Assembly: GCF_018350175.1 (NCBI RefSeq)
Contig: NC_058382.1
Span: 53,074,001-53,138,000, forward strand
Direction of reading: 5' to 3'
Origin: Felis catus
Lineage: Eukaryota
Length of the DNA: 64,000 bases
A program made the position numbers and the translations under genes. The notes under the pieces are model-generated. The model worked only from the letters and a program-made list of their open reading frames with translations. It was not told where the DNA came from and did not search any database. Positions 62,031 to 64,000 of this stretch are shown here, piece by piece (the stretch's first letter is position 1; every line of letters begins with the position of its first letter).

Positions 62031-62387
62031 TCTCTCGTATTCAATCCTCGTGATCAATTCTCCCCAGCTTTACAAATGAGGCAACTAGAGCATAGAGAAG
62101 TTAATCGCCTGAAGTTTCATAGCCAGTAAGTAGAAAAACTTTATTAATTCCCCTGGCAAAACAAAGACCGGCTGAGAATTCAGTCTGTACTGGGCAATGG
62201 GTTACAGGAATGAATACCTCAGGCAAGATCCCCATCTGCACGGAACCCGAATGACCACAGCGATTCTACGGAGTCATGTGCAAATCTGTCTCACCCCCAA
62301 GGCCGTATTTTTCTCCTGCATTCACTGCCTTCCATGTTTAGGCAAACATTACTGTGTCCCTGGACACAAGTTCAGCTGTTCTTTTTG

Positions 62388-62612
62388 GGGTTTTTTTATA
62401 TATTTTTTTAACATTTATTTATTTTTGAGATAGAGAGAGACAGAGCATGAACGGGGGAGGGGCAGAGAGCGAGGGAGACACAGAATCCGAAACAGGCTCC
62501 AGGCTCCGAGCTGTCAGCACAGAGCCCGACGCGGGCCTCGAACCCACGGACCGCGAGATCGTGACCTGAGCTGAAGTCGGATGCTTATCGGACTGAGCCA
62601 CCCAGGCGCCCC
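62388..62612 (-). mobile_element. SINEC
   Basis: Perfect 16-bp TSD TCAGCTGTTCTTTTTG at 62372-62387 and 62613-62628. Confidence 0.97.
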
Positions 62613-64000
62613 TCAGCTGTTCTTTTTGAAGACGGGAAGCCACTGGGATACCAGATATCCTGAAAGAAAGGTGTACTTCCATGACGCCTGGCTCATCGAT
62701 TCGGGAAGTCGCCCCACGTCTAAGGCCAGATGGCAAACCGGCGCATCTCAGCCACTGCAAATGCCTCCACCCCCCATGACGGATTCAAGGCTTGGCACGC
62801 ACACGCAGGGGGCACCCAGGCTAATCTCAAATCGTGAAAACTCTGGACGAGAGCAGATTGCCACGGCCCGAGCCCCAGCTGGAGTGAAGCAATAACTTGA
62901 AAGGGAACTGAAATTCAGCAAACGCGAGGCCTCCAAATCCTCAAAGATGGCCTCCTCCACAGGCGACCTCTCCCGACCTTCCCAAGCCGCTCTGTCATTG
63001 GCACTCACCAGAAAAGGCATGGGGGGCAGGGGGGGGGCGGTGTGACTCAGCCAAGAGCCCGAAGTAAAATGCTGATAAGAGGAGACTGACTCACCCACAC
63101 GACTAGTTACTGGGTCAACCAGAGAAGACTTAGGAGTCTCTCTCCTCCAAAAGTTTCCTTCCCCGGGGGGGGGGGGGGGGAGGATCACCCGGCAAAAGTG
63201 TACCCGGCAAATTTCTGGATGGGGAAAGTGGGGCATTGAGGCTTTCTCGAAGTGCCAGGGACAGGTAGGGAAAGATGATGGAAGGTGGTTGGTTTTGAGC
63301 TCTTCCTCGTTGGTCTGAGAGTGGAGACCATCCGGTCACAGTCACAGTGGGCAGCAAGCTGGGGAACCCTTAAGACACCCAACTGTGGAGCACTCAGTGT
63401 GCTGGGTCCACGGGTAATGGCGTTCTAGACCCGCGGAGGTCCTGAGTGGATCTCATCCTGCCCACAGTGAAGCTGGCCCAATGGTGGCCAAACTCCTCTT
63501 GTGCCCTTTGCAAGGGCACACACCTGTCCCCCCCTGGAGAGAGGAGCATTTATAAGGAGCAAAAAAGCAGGGTTTATCTGTGTCCTGGAAAAGCACTGTC
63601 CCCTCTCCAGGATCTTAGGATACAGAGGGTTATCCTCTACCCCTCCCACTTTAGCATCCAATATGCAACCCATCAGTGACTTCTGGGTTGTGTTCTCACT
63701 TTTCCCCAAAGCACAGATCAGATTCGCTGCTGTTCTGTGGTCATTCCTCGCGGTCTCGCCTGGATGGCTGAAATACACGCCAGAGTCTACCCTACCAATT
63801 CCACCCCTGCTCTCCCTCCCTCGGCCCGTGATTCGGCCCCTACACGCTGGCCACAGTTATCTCTCTACAGGGTATCCACAGTCACAACTCCCTGACATCC
63901 TCCCAATGACTCACCTGTTCTGGGTATCTACGGCTATGCAACAACCTACATGAAAACGCAGCAGTCTAAAATGGCCACAGTTTAAAGGCAGCTTTCAGTC

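Noticed and set aside
1..64000. tRNA genes, CRISPR arrays or a novel multi-gene system
   Set aside because: tRNA-like A/B boxes all belong to SINEs; there are no regularly spaced repeat-spacer arrays; no coding genes could be supported.
1..64000. Naming the host gene or chromosome
   Set aside because: No exon was recognised; a BLAT search of the unique blocks would be needed.

Overview
This is non-coding mammalian DNA from a cat-family (Felidae) genome, shown by about 29 carnivore tRNA-derived SINEs (SINEC), six of them young SINEC_Fc-type copies. I found no recognisable protein-coding gene, RNA gene, CRISPR array or intact autonomous mobile element. The ORF track is explained by SINE/microsatellite translations and chance ORFs in GC-rich DNA. 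The window looks like a large intron or gene desert. It contains old repeats (MIR, L2, L1M, MLT1, MER3/20/58/63/91), microsatellites and several repeat-free, motif-dense blocks that could be enhancers. The most notable observations are a perfect six-pentamer heat-shock element (55005-55034), a cluster of POU octamer sites including an inverted pair (36147-41491), a head-to-head SINE fusion with a near-palindromic junction (centre 19308), a (TG)22(CG)9 Z-DNA candidate, a consensus CTCF core inside an L1 remnant, and two MER63 copies that keep intact CRE palindromes. I cannot identify the locus, and I see no evidence for a new multi-gene system. Repeat family names are from recalled consensus sequences, and old-repeat boundaries are approximate.
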